DNA of 64,000 bases from the NCBI GenBank assembly GCA_963825445.1, contig CAWGTM010000025.1, forward strand, positions 29,976-93,975. The letters are read 5' to 3'. The notes below the pieces were generated by a model, which did not search any database, was not told the origin of the DNA, and worked only from the letters and a program-made list of their open reading frames with translations. The stretch comes from an uncultured Actinomycetota bacterium. Its GTDB lineage: Bacteria; Actinomycetota; Actinomycetes; Mycobacteriales; Pseudonocardiaceae. Of this stretch, positions 28,752 to 39,359 are shown one piece after another (positions within the stretch are counted from its first letter, which is position 1; every line of letters starts with the position of its first letter). A program made the position numbers and the translations under genes.

Positions 28752-30220
28752 TGACACACCTGCCGGTGCTGCAGGTGGTGGTGCCGCTGGCCTGCGCCCC
28801 CCTGTGCGTGCTGTTCCGGTCCCGGACGGTGGCCTGGCTGCTGTTCCTGCTGGCGTCGGTGAGTTCGCTGACCTGCGCGGTCCTGCTGGCCGTGCGGGTG
28901 GGCGACGGCGAGTCGCTGCGCTATGCCATGGGTGGCTGGCCGGCGCCGGAGGGCATCGAGTTCGTGGTCGCCGGGTTCAACACCCCGGTGCTGCTGCTCG
29001 TGTCGGCCATCGCCGTGGTCGCGGCGGTCTACGCCCGGCGCAGCGTCCTCGCCGAGATCGACGAGCGGCGGGTGCCGCTGGTGTACACCTGTCTGTGCCT
29101 CACGTTGACCGGGTTGCTGGGCATCACGATCACCGGGGACGCGTTCAACGTGTTCGTGTTCCTGGAGATCAGCTCGCTGTCGTCCTACGCGCTGATCGCC
29201 ATGGGACGACGGCGGCGGGCACTGGTCGCGAGCTTCCGCTACCTGGTCATCGGGACGGTCGGCGCCACGTTCGTGCTGCTGGGCATCGGGCTGGCCTACG
29301 CGGTCACCGGCACCCTCAACATGGCCGACCTGGCCGCGCGACTGTCCGAACTGGACGGCAACCGCGCGCTGTACGCGGCCGTGGTGTTCGTCTTCATCGG
29401 ACTCGCGGTCAAGATGGCCGTGTTCCCGCTGCACGCCTGGCTGCCGGCGGCCTACGGCGAGGCGCCCTCGGCGGTCAGCATGTTCCTGGCCGCGGCCAGC
29501 ACCAAGGTCGCCATCTACGTCTTCTGCCGGTTCGCCTTCACCGTCTTCGGCGCGGGTCTCGTGTTCGGGGCGATGCCCGTCGGCCAGGTCGGGCTGCTGC
29601 TGGCCGCGCTGGCGATGCTGGTCGGCTCCGCGGTGGCCTGCTTCCAGACCGACCTCAAGTACCTGCTGGCCTGGTCGAGCGTCGCGCAGATCGGCTACAT
29701 CGTGGCCGGCATCAGCCTGGCCACCGCCGCGGGCGTGTCGGCGGGCTACCTGCACGTCATCAACCACGCGATCATCAAGGCCGCGCTGTTCGCCGCGGCC
29801 GGGTTGTTGTTGCTGCGGCTGGGTTCGGTGCGGCTCACCGCCCTCGCCGGACTCGGCCGGCGGATGCCGTGGACGTTCGCGGCGATCGTGGTCGCGGGTC
29901 TCGGGCTGATCGGTGTGCCGCCGACGTCGGGGTTCGCGAGCAAGTGGGCGCTGGCGGCGGCGCTGATCGAGCGGAACCAGTGGCCGGTGCTCGTGGCCAT
30001 GCTCCTGAGTTCCCTGTTGGCGCTGGTCTACATCGGACGCATCGTCGAGGTCGCCTGGTTCCGCGAGCCGGCACCGGATCTCGAGCCGAAGAAGCCGCCG
30101 GTGTCGATGGTCGCGGCGATCTGGGTGCTGGTGCTCGCTTCCGTCTACTTCGGACTCGACGCGACGCTGCCGGCCGGCCTCGCCGACGCGGCGGCCGACG
30201 CCCTGCTCGGGGGTGGGTGA
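28748..30220 (+). CDS. mrpD: Mrp subunit D-family antiporter (1)
   Basis: GGWPAPEGIE, DAFNVFVFLEI, KMAVFPLHAWLP, SSVAQIGY. Confidence 0.92.
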   Translation: MMTHLPVLQVVVPLACAPLCVLFRSRTVAWLLFLLASVSSLTCAVLLAVRVGDGESLRYAMGGWPAPEGIEFVVAGFNTPVLLLVSAIAVVAAVYARRSVLAEIDERRVPLVYTCLCLTLTGLLGITITGDAFNVFVFLEISSLSSYALIAMGRRRRALVASFRYLVIGTVGATFVLLGIGLAYAVTGTLNMADLAARLSELDGNRALYAAVVFVFIGLAVKMAVFPLHAWLPAAYGEAPSAVSMFLAAASTKVAIYVFCRFAFTVFGAGLVFGAMPVGQVGLLLAALAMLVGSAVACFQTDLKYLLAWSSVAQIGYIVAGISLATAAGVSAGYLHVINHAIIKAALFAAAGLLLLRLGSVRLTALAGLGRRMPWTFAAIVVAGLGLIGVPPTSGFASKWALAAALIERNQWPVLVAMLLSSLLALVYIGRIVEVAWFREPAPDLEPKKPPVSMVAAIWVLVLASVYFGLDATLPAGLADAAADALLGGG

Positions 30221-31694
30221 GGTGTTCCCCGGCTGGACCGAACCCGACCGCGCGCTGGCCCTGCCGCTCACGGTCGCGCTGCCGCTGCTGGGCTGTGGCG
30301 CCCTGCTCCTCCTGCGGCGCCGGCCCAACGCCCGCGAGACGGCGTCGGTGGTCACCGGTGTGCTGCTGGTGGTCGCCGTGCTCTCGCTGTGGCCGGCGGT
30401 CGACGACGGCCTGCGGTTCGAGCTGTGGACCTGGCTGCCGGGACTGTCGTTCGAGTTCTCCCTGGAGCCGCTCGGCCTGCTCTTCGCGACGATCGCCGCC
30501 GTGCTGTGGCCGATCACCACGGTGTTCGCCACCGGCTACCTCCGCGCCGAGGACGAACACGACCAGACCCGCTTCTTCGCCTTCTTCGCGGTCACCATCG
30601 CGGCCGCCATGTGGATCGCGTTGTCCGGCAACATGATCACCCTGTTCGTCGGCTACGAGATCATGACCCTGGCGACCTGGCCGCTGGTCGCGCACAAGGG
30701 CGACGCGGACGCCCGACGCGGCGGCCGGACCTACCTGGTGGTGCTGCTGACCACGTCCATCGGTCTGCTGCTGCCGGCCATCGTGTGGACCTGGCTGCTG
30801 GCCGGCAGCACCGACTTCGAGCCCGGTGGCCTGCTCACCGACGAGGCCGGCAGCGTCGTGCTGACCGTGCTGTTCACGCTCTACCTGTTCGGCATCGGCA
30901 AGGCCGCGCTGATGCCCGTGCACCGCTGGCTCCCGGCCGCGATGGTCGCACCCACCCCGGTCTCCGCGCTGCTGCACGCGGTGGCCGTGGTGAAGGCCGG
31001 CGTGTTCACCGTCCTCAAGGTCACCGTCTACGTGTTCGGGCTCGACACGCTCACCGCGAGCGGCGCCGCCCGGCCGATGATGTGGGTCGCCGCTTTCACC
31101 TTGCTGGCCGCGGCCGTGGTGGCGCTGCGGGCGGACAACCTCAAGCGGCGCCTCGCCTACTCGACGGTCAGCCAACTCGCCTACATCGTGCTCGCCGCGA
31201 CGCTGGCCAACGACCTCGCCGTGGCCGGCGGCGCACTGCACATGGTGACCCACGCGGTCGGCAAGATCACCCTGTTCCTCTGCGCCGGCGCCATCTACGT
31301 GACCGCGCACAAGTCGCGGGTGTCCGAACTGGACGGACTGGGCCGCGCCATGCCCTGGACGTTCGCGGCGTTCCTGCTGGCGTCGATCTCGATCATCGGG
31401 CTGCCGCCGCTCGGCGGCACGTGGAGCAAGTGGTTCCTCCTTCTCGGCGCGGTCGACGCCGAACAGACGGTGATGGTCATCGTGCTGCTGGTGGGCTCGC
31501 TGCTCGCCCTGGCCTACCTGATGCCGATCCCCATGCGGGCGTTCTTCCTGCCCGCACCCGACAAACCCGTGCACGGCGAGGCCCGCCTGACCATCGCCGC
31601 ACCGTTGACCCTGACCGCGTTCGGCTGCGTCGCGCTGTTCTTCGGCGCGGAGGCGGTGCTCGCGCCGCTGGCCGGGATCCTGGAGCTGCCGTGA
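30213..31694 (+). CDS. Mrp D/A-family antiporter subunit (2)
   Basis: YEIMTL, KAALMPVHRWLPAAMVAPTPVSALLHAV, LAYSTVSQL. Confidence 0.9.
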   Translation: MGEVFPGWTEPDRALALPLTVALPLLGCGALLLLRRRPNARETASVVTGVLLVVAVLSLWPAVDDGLRFELWTWLPGLSFEFSLEPLGLLFATIAAVLWPITTVFATGYLRAEDEHDQTRFFAFFAVTIAAAMWIALSGNMITLFVGYEIMTLATWPLVAHKGDADARRGGRTYLVVLLTTSIGLLLPAIVWTWLLAGSTDFEPGGLLTDEAGSVVLTVLFTLYLFGIGKAALMPVHRWLPAAMVAPTPVSALLHAVAVVKAGVFTVLKVTVYVFGLDTLTASGAARPMMWVAAFTLLAAAVVALRADNLKRRLAYSTVSQLAYIVLAATLANDLAVAGGALHMVTHAVGKITLFLCAGAIYVTAHKSRVSELDGLGRAMPWTFAAFLLASISIIGLPPLGGTWSKWFLLLGAVDAEQTVMVIVLLVGSLLALAYLMPIPMRAFFLPAPDKPVHGEARLTIAAPLTLTAFGCVALFFGAEAVLAPLAGILELP

Positions 31695-31951
31695 ACGACC
31701 GTGATCCCCGGTGGCTCGACAACCCGCGGAACGTGACCAGGATCGTCTATGGGCTGGCCACGCTCTGCGCACTGTCGTTCGCGGCCGACCTGTTCTACGA
31801 CAAACACCCTCACTTCGGCTTCGAGGGCTGGTTCGGCTTCTACGCGGTGTACGGCTTCCTCGGCAGCGTCGGACTGGTGCTGTCGGCCAAGTGGCTGCGC
31901 CGCTGGCTGAAACGGGACGAGAACTACTACGAGGGGCCGGGCGATGACTAA
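31691..31951 (+). CDS. Small two-TM protein inside the mrp operon
   Basis: WLDNPRNV...GFYAVYGF...LKRDENYY; overlaps both neighbours. Confidence 0.8.
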   Translation: MNDRDPRWLDNPRNVTRIVYGLATLCALSFAADLFYDKHPHFGFEGWFGFYAVYGFLGSVGLVLSAKWLRRWLKRDENYYEGPGDD

Positions 31952-33623
31952 CCCCGCCCTGCTGATGTTACTCGGCGCGCTCGGCGTGCCGCTGCTGCGC
32001 GGGTGGCCGCGCCGGGTGCTGATGGTGGCGCTGCCGGTCGGCGGGCTGGTGCTGCTGTGGCTGCTGCCCGAGGGCACCGGCACGACGTTCGAACTGTTCG
32101 GCCTGGTGCTGAACCCGATGCGGATCGACGGGCTGTCCCGGATCTTCGCCACGGGATTCCTGGTGGCCGCCCTGCTCACCGCGATCTACGCGCTGCACCT
32201 GCGGGACTCCCTGCAGCAGACGGTGATCCTGGTCTACGCGGCGAGCGCCGTGGGTGGCGCGCTGGCCGGCGACCTGCTCACCCTGTTCGTGTTCTGGGAA
32301 CTGGCCGGACTGTCCTCGGCGTTCCTGATCTGGGCCGGCCGCACCGAACGCAGCCACCGCGCCGCCATGCGGTACCTGGTCGCGCAGGTGGCCTCCGGGC
32401 TCCTGCTGCTCGCCGGGATCGTCGTGCGGGTCGGCGCGGGCGAGGGGCTCGAGTTCAGCTACATCGGACTCGACGGCCCGGGCGGGATGCTCATCCTGGT
32501 GGCCGTCGGCATCAAGTGCGCCTTCCCCGTGCTGCACGCCTGGCTCACCGACACCTACCCCGAGGCGACCATCGTCGGCGCAGTCGCGCTGTCGGCGTTC
32601 ACCACGAAGTTCGCGATCTACACCCTGGCACGCGGGTTCCCCGGCACCGAAGCGCTCATCTGGGTCGGCGCGGCCATGACCGTGTTCCCCATCTTCTACG
32701 CGGTGATCGAGAACGACCTGCGCCGCGTGCTCGCCTACAGCATGATCAACCAGCTGGGCTTCATGGTCGTCGGCATCGGCATCGGCGGCGCGCTCGGCAT
32801 CAACGGCGCGAGCGCGCACGCCGTGGCCGACATGGTGTTCAAGGGCCTGCTGTTCATGACCATGGGCGCGGTGCTCCTGCGAACCGGCACGGTGAAGGGC
32901 TCCGAACTCGGCGGGCTCTACAAGTCCATGCCCCAGACCACCGTGCTCTGCATGGTCGGCGCCGCGTCGATCTCCGCGTTCCCGCTGTTCTCCGGTTTCG
33001 TGACCAAGTCGCTGATTCTCGAGGCGGTGGGCCAGGAACACCGGACCGTGGTGTGGCTGTTGCTGTTGTTCGCCTCCGCCGGGGTGTTCCACCACGCGGG
33101 GATCAAGATCCCGTACTTCGCGTTCTTCGCCCACGACCGGGGTTTCCGTGTCGCCGAGCCGCCGCTGAACATGCGTGCGGCCATGGCGTTGGCCGCCGTG
33201 CTCTGCGTGGGGATCGGGGTGGCGCCGGGCCTGCTGTACGGAATCCTGCCGTACGCCATGGACTACGTGCCCTACACGACGCCCCATGTCATCAACCAGG
33301 TGCAGCTGCTGTTGTTGGCGTCACTGGCTTTTACGGTCCTGGTCCGCACCGGGCTCTACCCGCCGGAGCTGCGTTCGGTGAACCTCGACGCCGACGTGCT
33401 CTACCGCCGGGCGCTGCCCGCGGGGTGGCGTGCGCTCACCCTCGGCGTGAGCCGGACCCGCCGGTGGGGGTCGCCGGTCCGGCGCCGCGCCGCCCGTCTG
33501 TGGACGGTCGCCACCGGGCCGCTGCGGCCCACGGGACGGGTCGCCATCCCGTGGGCGACCGACCTGATGGTGCTGTGGGGGCTGTTCCTGCTCGGCGTGG
33601 TGCTCCTGCTGACCCTGTGGTGA
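31944..33623 (+). CDS. Mrp D-family antiporter subunit (3)
   Basis: FWEL, KCAFPVLHAWLTDTYPEAT, LSAFTTK, ENDLRRVLAYS. Confidence 0.9.
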   Translation: MTNPALLMLLGALGVPLLRGWPRRVLMVALPVGGLVLLWLLPEGTGTTFELFGLVLNPMRIDGLSRIFATGFLVAALLTAIYALHLRDSLQQTVILVYAASAVGGALAGDLLTLFVFWELAGLSSAFLIWAGRTERSHRAAMRYLVAQVASGLLLLAGIVVRVGAGEGLEFSYIGLDGPGGMLILVAVGIKCAFPVLHAWLTDTYPEATIVGAVALSAFTTKFAIYTLARGFPGTEALIWVGAAMTVFPIFYAVIENDLRRVLAYSMINQLGFMVVGIGIGGALGINGASAHAVADMVFKGLLFMTMGAVLLRTGTVKGSELGGLYKSMPQTTVLCMVGAASISAFPLFSGFVTKSLILEAVGQEHRTVVWLLLLFASAGVFHHAGIKIPYFAFFAHDRGFRVAEPPLNMRAAMALAAVLCVGIGVAPGLLYGILPYAMDYVPYTTPHVINQVQLLLLASLAFTVLVRTGLYPPELRSVNLDADVLYRRALPAGWRALTLGVSRTRRWGSPVRRRAARLWTVATGPLRPTGRVAIPWATDLMVLWGLFLLGVVLLLTLW

Positions 33624-33627
33624 GGGT

Positions 33628-34395
33628 TCAGCGGTCGAGTTGGAGCCGGCGCCAGGTGGTGAGCAGGACCGGGAGCAGCACCAGCGGGATGGTGGCGACC
33701 AGGGCGAGTTGGAGGGGGCTGACGGCGTCCGGTCGTAGGGCCCAGAGGGCGGGGGCGGCGACGGGGAACCACGCTCCGGTGCCGCCGACCACCATCACTT
33801 GGGCGATCACGATGAGGCCGACCGCGGTGGCGATACCGGGCAGCGGTCCCCGGCCGAGCGTGGCGGCCCACGCGGTGGGCAGCGCGACGACGGCTGACAG
33901 GCAGGTGAGGACGTGCTGGCGGGCCAGTGCGGCGAGGACGTCGCCGGTGAGTGGTCCGAGGCGGAGGACCAGGCCGAGGACTCCGAGTAGGACGGTCAGC
34001 AGGGTGGCGACCGCGAGTGCCCAGAGCAGGTAGACGGCGATCTTCGCGGCGGCGATGGTGGTTCGGCTGACGGGTAGGGCGAACAGGCCGGTGATGGTGC
34101 CGTCGGTGAACTCGCGGCCGAACATCCAGCCGAGGGCGACGCCGAAGCCGAGGACGGCCGCGGCGGCGGTGACCTGGGCGACCACGCCGGTCAGCAGTGC
34201 CCAGCCGGTGCGGTCGCCCAGCGGTCCGAGTTGAGCGATGACCTGGTGGTTGCCGTGGGTGGCGGCCATGGTGAGGGAGCCGGCGAGCAGGGCGGTGCCG
34301 GCGACCAGCAGGACGGTCGTGGTGAGCACGACGCGGGCGCCGGTGGTCTTGCGGCGTTCGGCGCCGAGCGCGGCGGCGAACGAGGAGCCGGTCAT
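33628..34395 (-). CDS. ABC-2 type exporter permease
   Basis: FGREFTDGTITGLFALPVSR; about six TMs. Confidence 0.85.
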   Translation of the reverse strand: MTGSSFAAALGAERRKTTGARVVLTTTVLLVAGTALLAGSLTMAATHGNHQVIAQLGPLGDRTGWALLTGVVAQVTAAAAVLGFGVALGWMFGREFTDGTITGLFALPVSRTTIAAAKIAVYLLWALAVATLLTVLLGVLGLVLRLGPLTGDVLAALARQHVLTCLSAVVALPTAWAATLGRGPLPGIATAVGLIVIAQVMVVGGTGAWFPVAAPALWALRPDAVSPLQLALVATIPLVLLPVLLTTWRRLQLDR

Positions 34396-35114
34396 GTCGT
34401 GCCGTCGTGGGTGTGGACGAGCGCGAAGAACGAGCGTTCGATGTCGATGCCGGCGGGGTCGAGGGCGCCGATGATCGTGCCGTGGTTGAGGACGGTGATG
34501 CGGTCGGCGACGCGGGCGACCTCGTCGAGGTGGTGGCTGGAGACCAGGATTCCCGCGCCCGCGTCGGCCCGGCGCAGGAGTGCCTCGCGGAGCAGGATCA
34601 CCCCGGCCGGGTCGAGGGCGTTCGTGGGTTCGTCGAGCACGATGACCTCCGGGTGGTGCTGCAGCGCGGCGGCGAGGCCGACGCGCCGCAGGTTGCCCTG
34701 GGACAGGTGCCGCGCGCGGATGTCGCGATAGTGGTGCAGGTCGAGTTCGGCGATCACGTCGTCGACCGTGCGGTCGGTGTCGCGGCGGGAGACACCGTGC
34801 AACCGTGCGGCGAGCGCGAGGTTGGCGCGGGTGTCGAGGTCGCGGTAGGCGAGGGGCGCGTCGACCAGATGCCCGACCGCCGACCAGATCCCCGCGCCGG
34901 CCGAGCGGAGGTCACACCCGTTGACCATCGCGGTACCGGAGTCCGGACGCAGCATCCCCAGCAGTAAGCGCATGAGCGTGGTCTTGCCGGCTCCGTTGAG
35001 TCCGACCAGCGCGTGGATCTCGCCGGGCGCGACGTGGAGGTCGACGCCGAACACGCCGGCGGAGGCGGAGAACCGCCGCGCCAGGCGGTGTGCGGCCAGT
35101 CGATGGTCAGCCAC
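34392..35114 (-). CDS. ABC transporter ATP-binding protein
   Basis: GLNGAGKT, LSQG, VLDEPTNALD, SSH. Confidence 0.9.
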   Translation of the reverse strand: MADHRLAAHRLARRFSASAGVFGVDLHVAPGEIHALVGLNGAGKTTLMRLLLGMLRPDSGTAMVNGCDLRSAGAGIWSAVGHLVDAPLAYRDLDTRANLALAARLHGVSRRDTDRTVDDVIAELDLHHYRDIRARHLSQGNLRRVGLAAALQHHPEVIVLDEPTNALDPAGVILLREALLRRADAGAGILVSSHHLDEVARVADRITVLNHGTIIGALDPAGIDIERSFFALVHTHDGTT

Positions 35115-35682
35115 GGCTACCCTCCACTGTGTCCGATGCGATGGTGTCCAGTGCGATGCCGACGGCGGCGGCCAGGGTGGTGTCGTCGCGGCGGGACCAC
35201 TCGAACAGGGCGGCCATGATCGCGGCGAGCACGGCCCCCGCGGCGGCGTGCGCGCGCAGCGGATCGGTGCCGTCACGCACGAGCTGGTCGACGATCAGCT
35301 GCTCGGTGGTGGCGTTGTTGCGCCAGGTCGCGGCCCGCAGCGCCGGCGTGTCGGCCACGATCCGCACCCGGCGCCGGACCAGGTCGCCCTCCGGTTCACT
35401 GAGCTGGCTCCACGCCTGCCGGATCCCGCGCACGGTCCGGGTGAGCGGGTCGAGGGTGGTGGGCTGGCCGGCGACCGCGGCCGCGATGAGCGGGTCGTAG
35501 GGGTCGTCGAGCAGCAGCAGTTCCTTGGCGGGGAAGTACCGGAAGAACGTCATCTCCGTGACGCCCGCGGCCGCCGCGATCTGCCCGACCGTCGTGTTCT
35601 CGAAACCCTGGCGCTCGAACAGGTCCAGCGCCCGGTCCAGGATGCGGGCCTGGGTCCGCTGCCGCTTGCTCGGTTCCGCCAC
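35107..35682 (-). CDS. TetR-family regulator (MftR-like C-terminus)
   Basis: LFERQGFENTTVGQIAAAAGVTEMTFFRYFPAKE. Confidence 0.9.
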   Translation of the reverse strand: MAEPSKRQRTQARILDRALDLFERQGFENTTVGQIAAAAGVTEMTFFRYFPAKELLLLDDPYDPLIAAAVAGQPTTLDPLTRTVRGIRQAWSQLSEPEGDLVRRRVRIVADTPALRAATWRNNATTEQLIVDQLVRDGTDPLRAHAAAGAVLAAIMAALFEWSRRDDTTLAAAVGIALDTIASDTVEGSRG

Positions 35683-35688
35683 GCCCAG

Positions 35689-35707
35689 AATGTTAGCCCC
35701 TAACATT
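35689..35707. promoter_or_regulatory. Inverted repeat AATGTTAG-ccc-CTAACATT, probable TetR operator
   Basis: Perfect 8-bp arms immediately upstream of the leftward tetR start. Confidence 0.75.
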
Positions 35708-35736
35708 ACCTGTGTCACCTGCCGGTTGCGCTCGCG

Positions 35737-35752
35737 TTGAACAGTCGTTTAA
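35737..35752. promoter_or_regulatory. TTGAAC-agtc-GTTTAA imperfect palindrome, probable operator of the rightward TetR
   Basis: AT-rich near-palindrome 9 nt before the GTG of the RaaS-like gene. Confidence 0.6.
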
Positions 35753-35761
35753 TGTGAGCGT

Positions 35762-36397
35762 GTGCAGACGGCCGAGCGGATCCGCGACGCCGCGGTCGCC
35801 AGGTTCGGCCGCGACGGTTTCTCCGCGGGACTGCGCGCGGTCGCCACCGACGCCGGGGTGACGGCGGGCCTGGTGCTCCACCACTTCGGGTCGAAGGACG
35901 GCCTGCGTCAGGCGTGCGACGTGCACGTGCTCGCCGTGATTCGCGCGGAGAAGACCAAGGCAACCACGAACGGGAGCGCGGCCGCACTCATCGCGCAGCT
36001 CGCCGAGGTCGAGCGGTTCGCGCCGATGGTGCTGTACGTGGTCCGCAGCCTCCAGTCCGGCGGCGGGCTGGCGACGGCGTTCGTCGAGCACATGATCAGC
36101 GACGCGCAGGAGTACCTCGAGGCGGGCGTGACCGCCGGGGTCATCCGGCCCAGCCGCGACCCCGAGGGACGGGCACGGTGGCTGGCGTACCAGGGCATCG
36201 GCGGGATGCTCCTGTGGACCACGCTGCACCCCGACCTCGACCCCTCGACGTTCGCCGCCGGGCTGCGCGAGTACATCGAGCAGCTGACCGTGCCGGCGCT
36301 CGAGACGTTCAGCCACGGGCTGTTCGTCGACCGCACCATGCTCGACGACTACCTGATGTACGTACCGGATCCGCCATCCGGTGGCCAGCACACCTAG
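35762..36397 (+). CDS. TetR regulator, RaaS (Rv1219c)-like
   Basis: RIRDAAV...[17 protein letters not shown]...PSRDP...LETFSHGL; precedes a TnrB-type ABC pair. Confidence 0.88.
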   Translation: MQTAERIRDAAVARFGRDGFSAGLRAVATDAGVTAGLVLHHFGSKDGLRQACDVHVLAVIRAEKTKATTNGSAAALIAQLAEVERFAPMVLYVVRSLQSGGGLATAFVEHMISDAQEYLEAGVTAGVIRPSRDPEGRARWLAYQGIGGMLLWTTLHPDLDPSTFAAGLREYIEQLTVPALETFSHGLFVDRTMLDDYLMYVPDPPSGGQHT

Positions 36398-36467
36398 CCA
36401 CCCAGGCGGACGTTTCCTGACGTCCGATCACTCCCGGATTCCCGGGCTCATCGAACGAGGTACGACG

Positions 36468-37379
36468 ATGACTGCTGCGCTGACCCCTGCCCACGCCATC
36501 GAGGTGCGCGGGCTGACCAAGACCTACGGCCGGGTGACCGCCCTCGACGGTCTCGACCTGACCGTCGAGACCGGCCACGTCCACGGCTTCCTCGGCCCCA
36601 ACGGTGCCGGCAAGTCGACCACCATCCGGGTGCTGCTCGGACTGCTCCGCGCCGACACCGGCACCGCCCGGCTGCTCGGCCACGACCCGTGGGCCGACGC
36701 CGTCCGTGTCCACCGCCGCCTGGCCTACGTGCCCGGCGACGTCGAGCTGTGGCCCAACCTGACCGGCGGCGCGGCGATCGACCTCCTCTCCCGCCTGCGC
36801 GGCGGCACCGACGCCGCCCGCCGCGACGAGCTGTGCGAACGGTTCGACCTCGACCCGACGAAGAAGGGCCGCACCTACTCGAAGGGCAACCGGCAGAAGG
36901 TCGCGCTGATCGCGGCACTCGCCAGCGACGTGGACCTGCTGCTCCTGGACGAACCGACCGCCGGGCTGGACCCGCTGATGGAGGTCGTGTTCCAGGACTG
37001 CATCCGGGAGGCGAAGGCCGCCGGCCGCACCGTCCTGCTCTCCAGCCACATCCTCGCCCAGGTCGAGGCGCTCGCCGACCGCGTCTCGATCATCCGACAC
37101 GGCCGGATCGTCGAGACCGGCACCCTGGCCGAACTGCGCCACCTCACCCGCACATCGATCACCGCGAGCACCGAACGACCCGCCGCGACACTGGCCACGC
37201 TGCCCGGCGTGCACGACCTGCGCACCGAGGGCGACGTCATCCGGTTCGAGGTCGACGGCGCCGCACTGCCCGCCGTCATGCGCGGACTCGGCGACCTGGG
37301 AGTGCGGGCCGTGACCGCCCATCCACCCACCCTCGAACAGCTCCTGCTGCGCCACTACGGCGACGAGGCGGCGGCGTGA
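36468..37379 (+). CDS. ABC ATPase, TnrB2/Rv1218c-like
   Basis: [37 protein letters not shown]. Confidence 0.92.
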   Translation: MTAALTPAHAIEVRGLTKTYGRVTALDGLDLTVETGHVHGFLGPNGAGKSTTIRVLLGLLRADTGTARLLGHDPWADAVRVHRRLAYVPGDVELWPNLTGGAAIDLLSRLRGGTDAARRDELCERFDLDPTKKGRTYSKGNRQKVALIAALASDVDLLLLDEPTAGLDPLMEVVFQDCIREAKAAGRTVLLSSHILAQVEALADRVSIIRHGRIVETGTLAELRHLTRTSITASTERPAATLATLPGVHDLRTEGDVIRFEVDGAALPAVMRGLGDLGVRAVTAHPPTLEQLLLRHYGDEAAA

Positions 37380-39004
37380 TGGCCACCTCCCGTTCGTACG
37401 ACGGACTGGTCGGCGTCGGTGGACTGCTGCGGTTCATGCTGCGCCGCGACCGGATCCGCCTGCCCGGCTGGGTCCTCGGCCTCACCCTGCTCATGGCCTA
37501 CTTCACCACCGCCCTGCAGACGCTGCTCGCGACTCCGGAGGACGTGGCCGGCATGGCCGGATTCGCCAGCACCCCGGTCGGAGCGCTGTTCGGCGGTCCC
37601 GGGCTCGGCTACGACAACCTCACCATCGAGCGGTTCCTCGCCAGCCAGTACGGGCTCTACATCCTGCTCGGCGCGGCGCTCATGGGACTGCTGACCGTCA
37701 CCCGGCACACCCGCGCCGAGGAACGTTCGGGGCGCGCGGAACTCGTGCGTGCCAACGTGGTGGGCCGCCACGCGCAGCTCACCGCCGCGCTGGTCCTGGC
37801 CGCCGTGATGAGCCTGCTGGTCGCGCTGCTGGTCGCCGGGGTGATGGCCGGCTCGGGCTTCGACACCGCCGGTTCCCTGTTGTTCGGCGCCGGAGTAGGT
37901 GCCGGCGGACTCGCGTTCGCCGGGATCGCGGCGATCACCGTCCAGCTGTCGGAGTACCCGCGGGCCGCCGCCGGCATGGCCGGGACCGTGCTCGGAGCGG
38001 CGTTCGTGCTCCGCGGCCTCGGCGACATGGCCGCCGTGCAGGGGAGCGGGCCGGCGTGGCTGTCCTGGCTGTCACCGCTGGGCTGGTCCCAACAGACCGC
38101 CCCGTACGTGTTCGACCGGTGGTGGCCGCTCGTCCTCTCGCTGCTGTTCGCCGGCGCCACCGCCGCCGCGGGCTACGTACTGTCGGCACGCCGCGACCTC
38201 GGCGCCGGGCTGGTGCCACCGCGGCCGGGATCACCCGTCGCCGCGTCCTGGCTGCGGAGCCCGCTCGCGCTCGCGTTCCGGCTGCACCGCGGCAGCCTCG
38301 TCGGGTGGAGCACCGCGCTGCTCGTCGCGGGCCTCGCCTACGGCGCGTTCACCCAGCCCATGATCGACGGCTTCGCCGACGCGCCGCCGGACCTGGTGGC
38401 GGTCATGGGCGGCGGCGAGGACCTGCTCAACGGGTTCCTCGGACTGATGGGCCTCATGATGGCGTTCACCGTCTCGGTGTTCGCCGTCCTCGCGATGCAG
38501 TCGGTACGCGGCGAGGAGAACGACGGCCGCACCGAGCCGGTCCTGGCCACCGCCGTCAGCCGACCCGGCTGGCTCGGCGCCCACACCGTCGTCATCGCGG
38601 CAGGAGTCCTCTGGCTGCTGCTCGTCGCCGGCACCGGCATGGGCATCGGCGCGGCCGTCAGCACGGGAGACGCCGGCCTGGTCGGCGACCTGGTACTCGG
38701 ACACGTGGCGCACACCCCGGCCGTGTGGCTCGTTCTCGTGGTCGCCGCCCTGCTCTACGGGGCCGTCCCGCGCGCCCTGCCGGCGGTGTGGCTGATCCTC
38801 GGCTACGGGGTGCTCGTCGGGTTCTTCGCGCCACTCCTGGACATCCCGGACACGGCCGCGTACCTCTCACCCTTCGAACACGTCGGCCGGTACCCATTGG
38901 AGGACATCGGCACCGGTGCTCTGCTCATCCTGGTGACCGGCTCCGGCCTGATCGCCGCCTCGGCACTCGGGACGTTCCGCCGCCGGGACCTGATCACGAC
39001 CTGA
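37379..39004 (+). CDS. ABC permease, TnrB3/Rv1217c-like
   Basis: LRRDR, RHTRAEERSGRAEL, WLSPLGW, RRDLGAG, FRRRDL. Confidence 0.9.
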   Translation: MATSRSYDGLVGVGGLLRFMLRRDRIRLPGWVLGLTLLMAYFTTALQTLLATPEDVAGMAGFASTPVGALFGGPGLGYDNLTIERFLASQYGLYILLGAALMGLLTVTRHTRAEERSGRAELVRANVVGRHAQLTAALVLAAVMSLLVALLVAGVMAGSGFDTAGSLLFGAGVGAGGLAFAGIAAITVQLSEYPRAAAGMAGTVLGAAFVLRGLGDMAAVQGSGPAWLSWLSPLGWSQQTAPYVFDRWWPLVLSLLFAGATAAAGYVLSARRDLGAGLVPPRPGSPVAASWLRSPLALAFRLHRGSLVGWSTALLVAGLAYGAFTQPMIDGFADAPPDLVAVMGGGEDLLNGFLGLMGLMMAFTVSVFAVLAMQSVRGEENDGRTEPVLATAVSRPGWLGAHTVVIAAGVLWLLLVAGTGMGIGAAVSTGDAGLVGDLVLGHVAHTPAVWLVLVVAALLYGAVPRALPAVWLILGYGVLVGFFAPLLDIPDTAAYLSPFEHVGRYPLEDIGTGALLILVTGSGLIAASALGTFRRRDLITT

Positions 39005-39359
39005 CCGTACCTGGGCCGAAGGTGACCACAATGGACAGCTGGGCCGGACAGCTGGTCCGGACGGCTCGCCCGTACAGCCGGTCCGGGTTGGTCCACAGTT
39101 CTCGAGCCGAACGTGGCGTACTCGGCATGCGGCTGCTGACCGTCAGCCTGTCGCCGAGCGCGCGCAACGTCGTCGGCCGCGCGCCGACACCGGTCACCTT
39201 CGGCCCAGGTGCGCCGCCAACATGCCTGAATGGACAGAAGGACCAATGAGGATCCAACTGGGCGGATCGCGCATCACCTGTTGCTTGATCCATACGTGAA
39301 ATTTCACATTGCTGGTCACCAAAACTGGTGTCCGAGGGGGTGTCGGCGCGTGAATCCGG

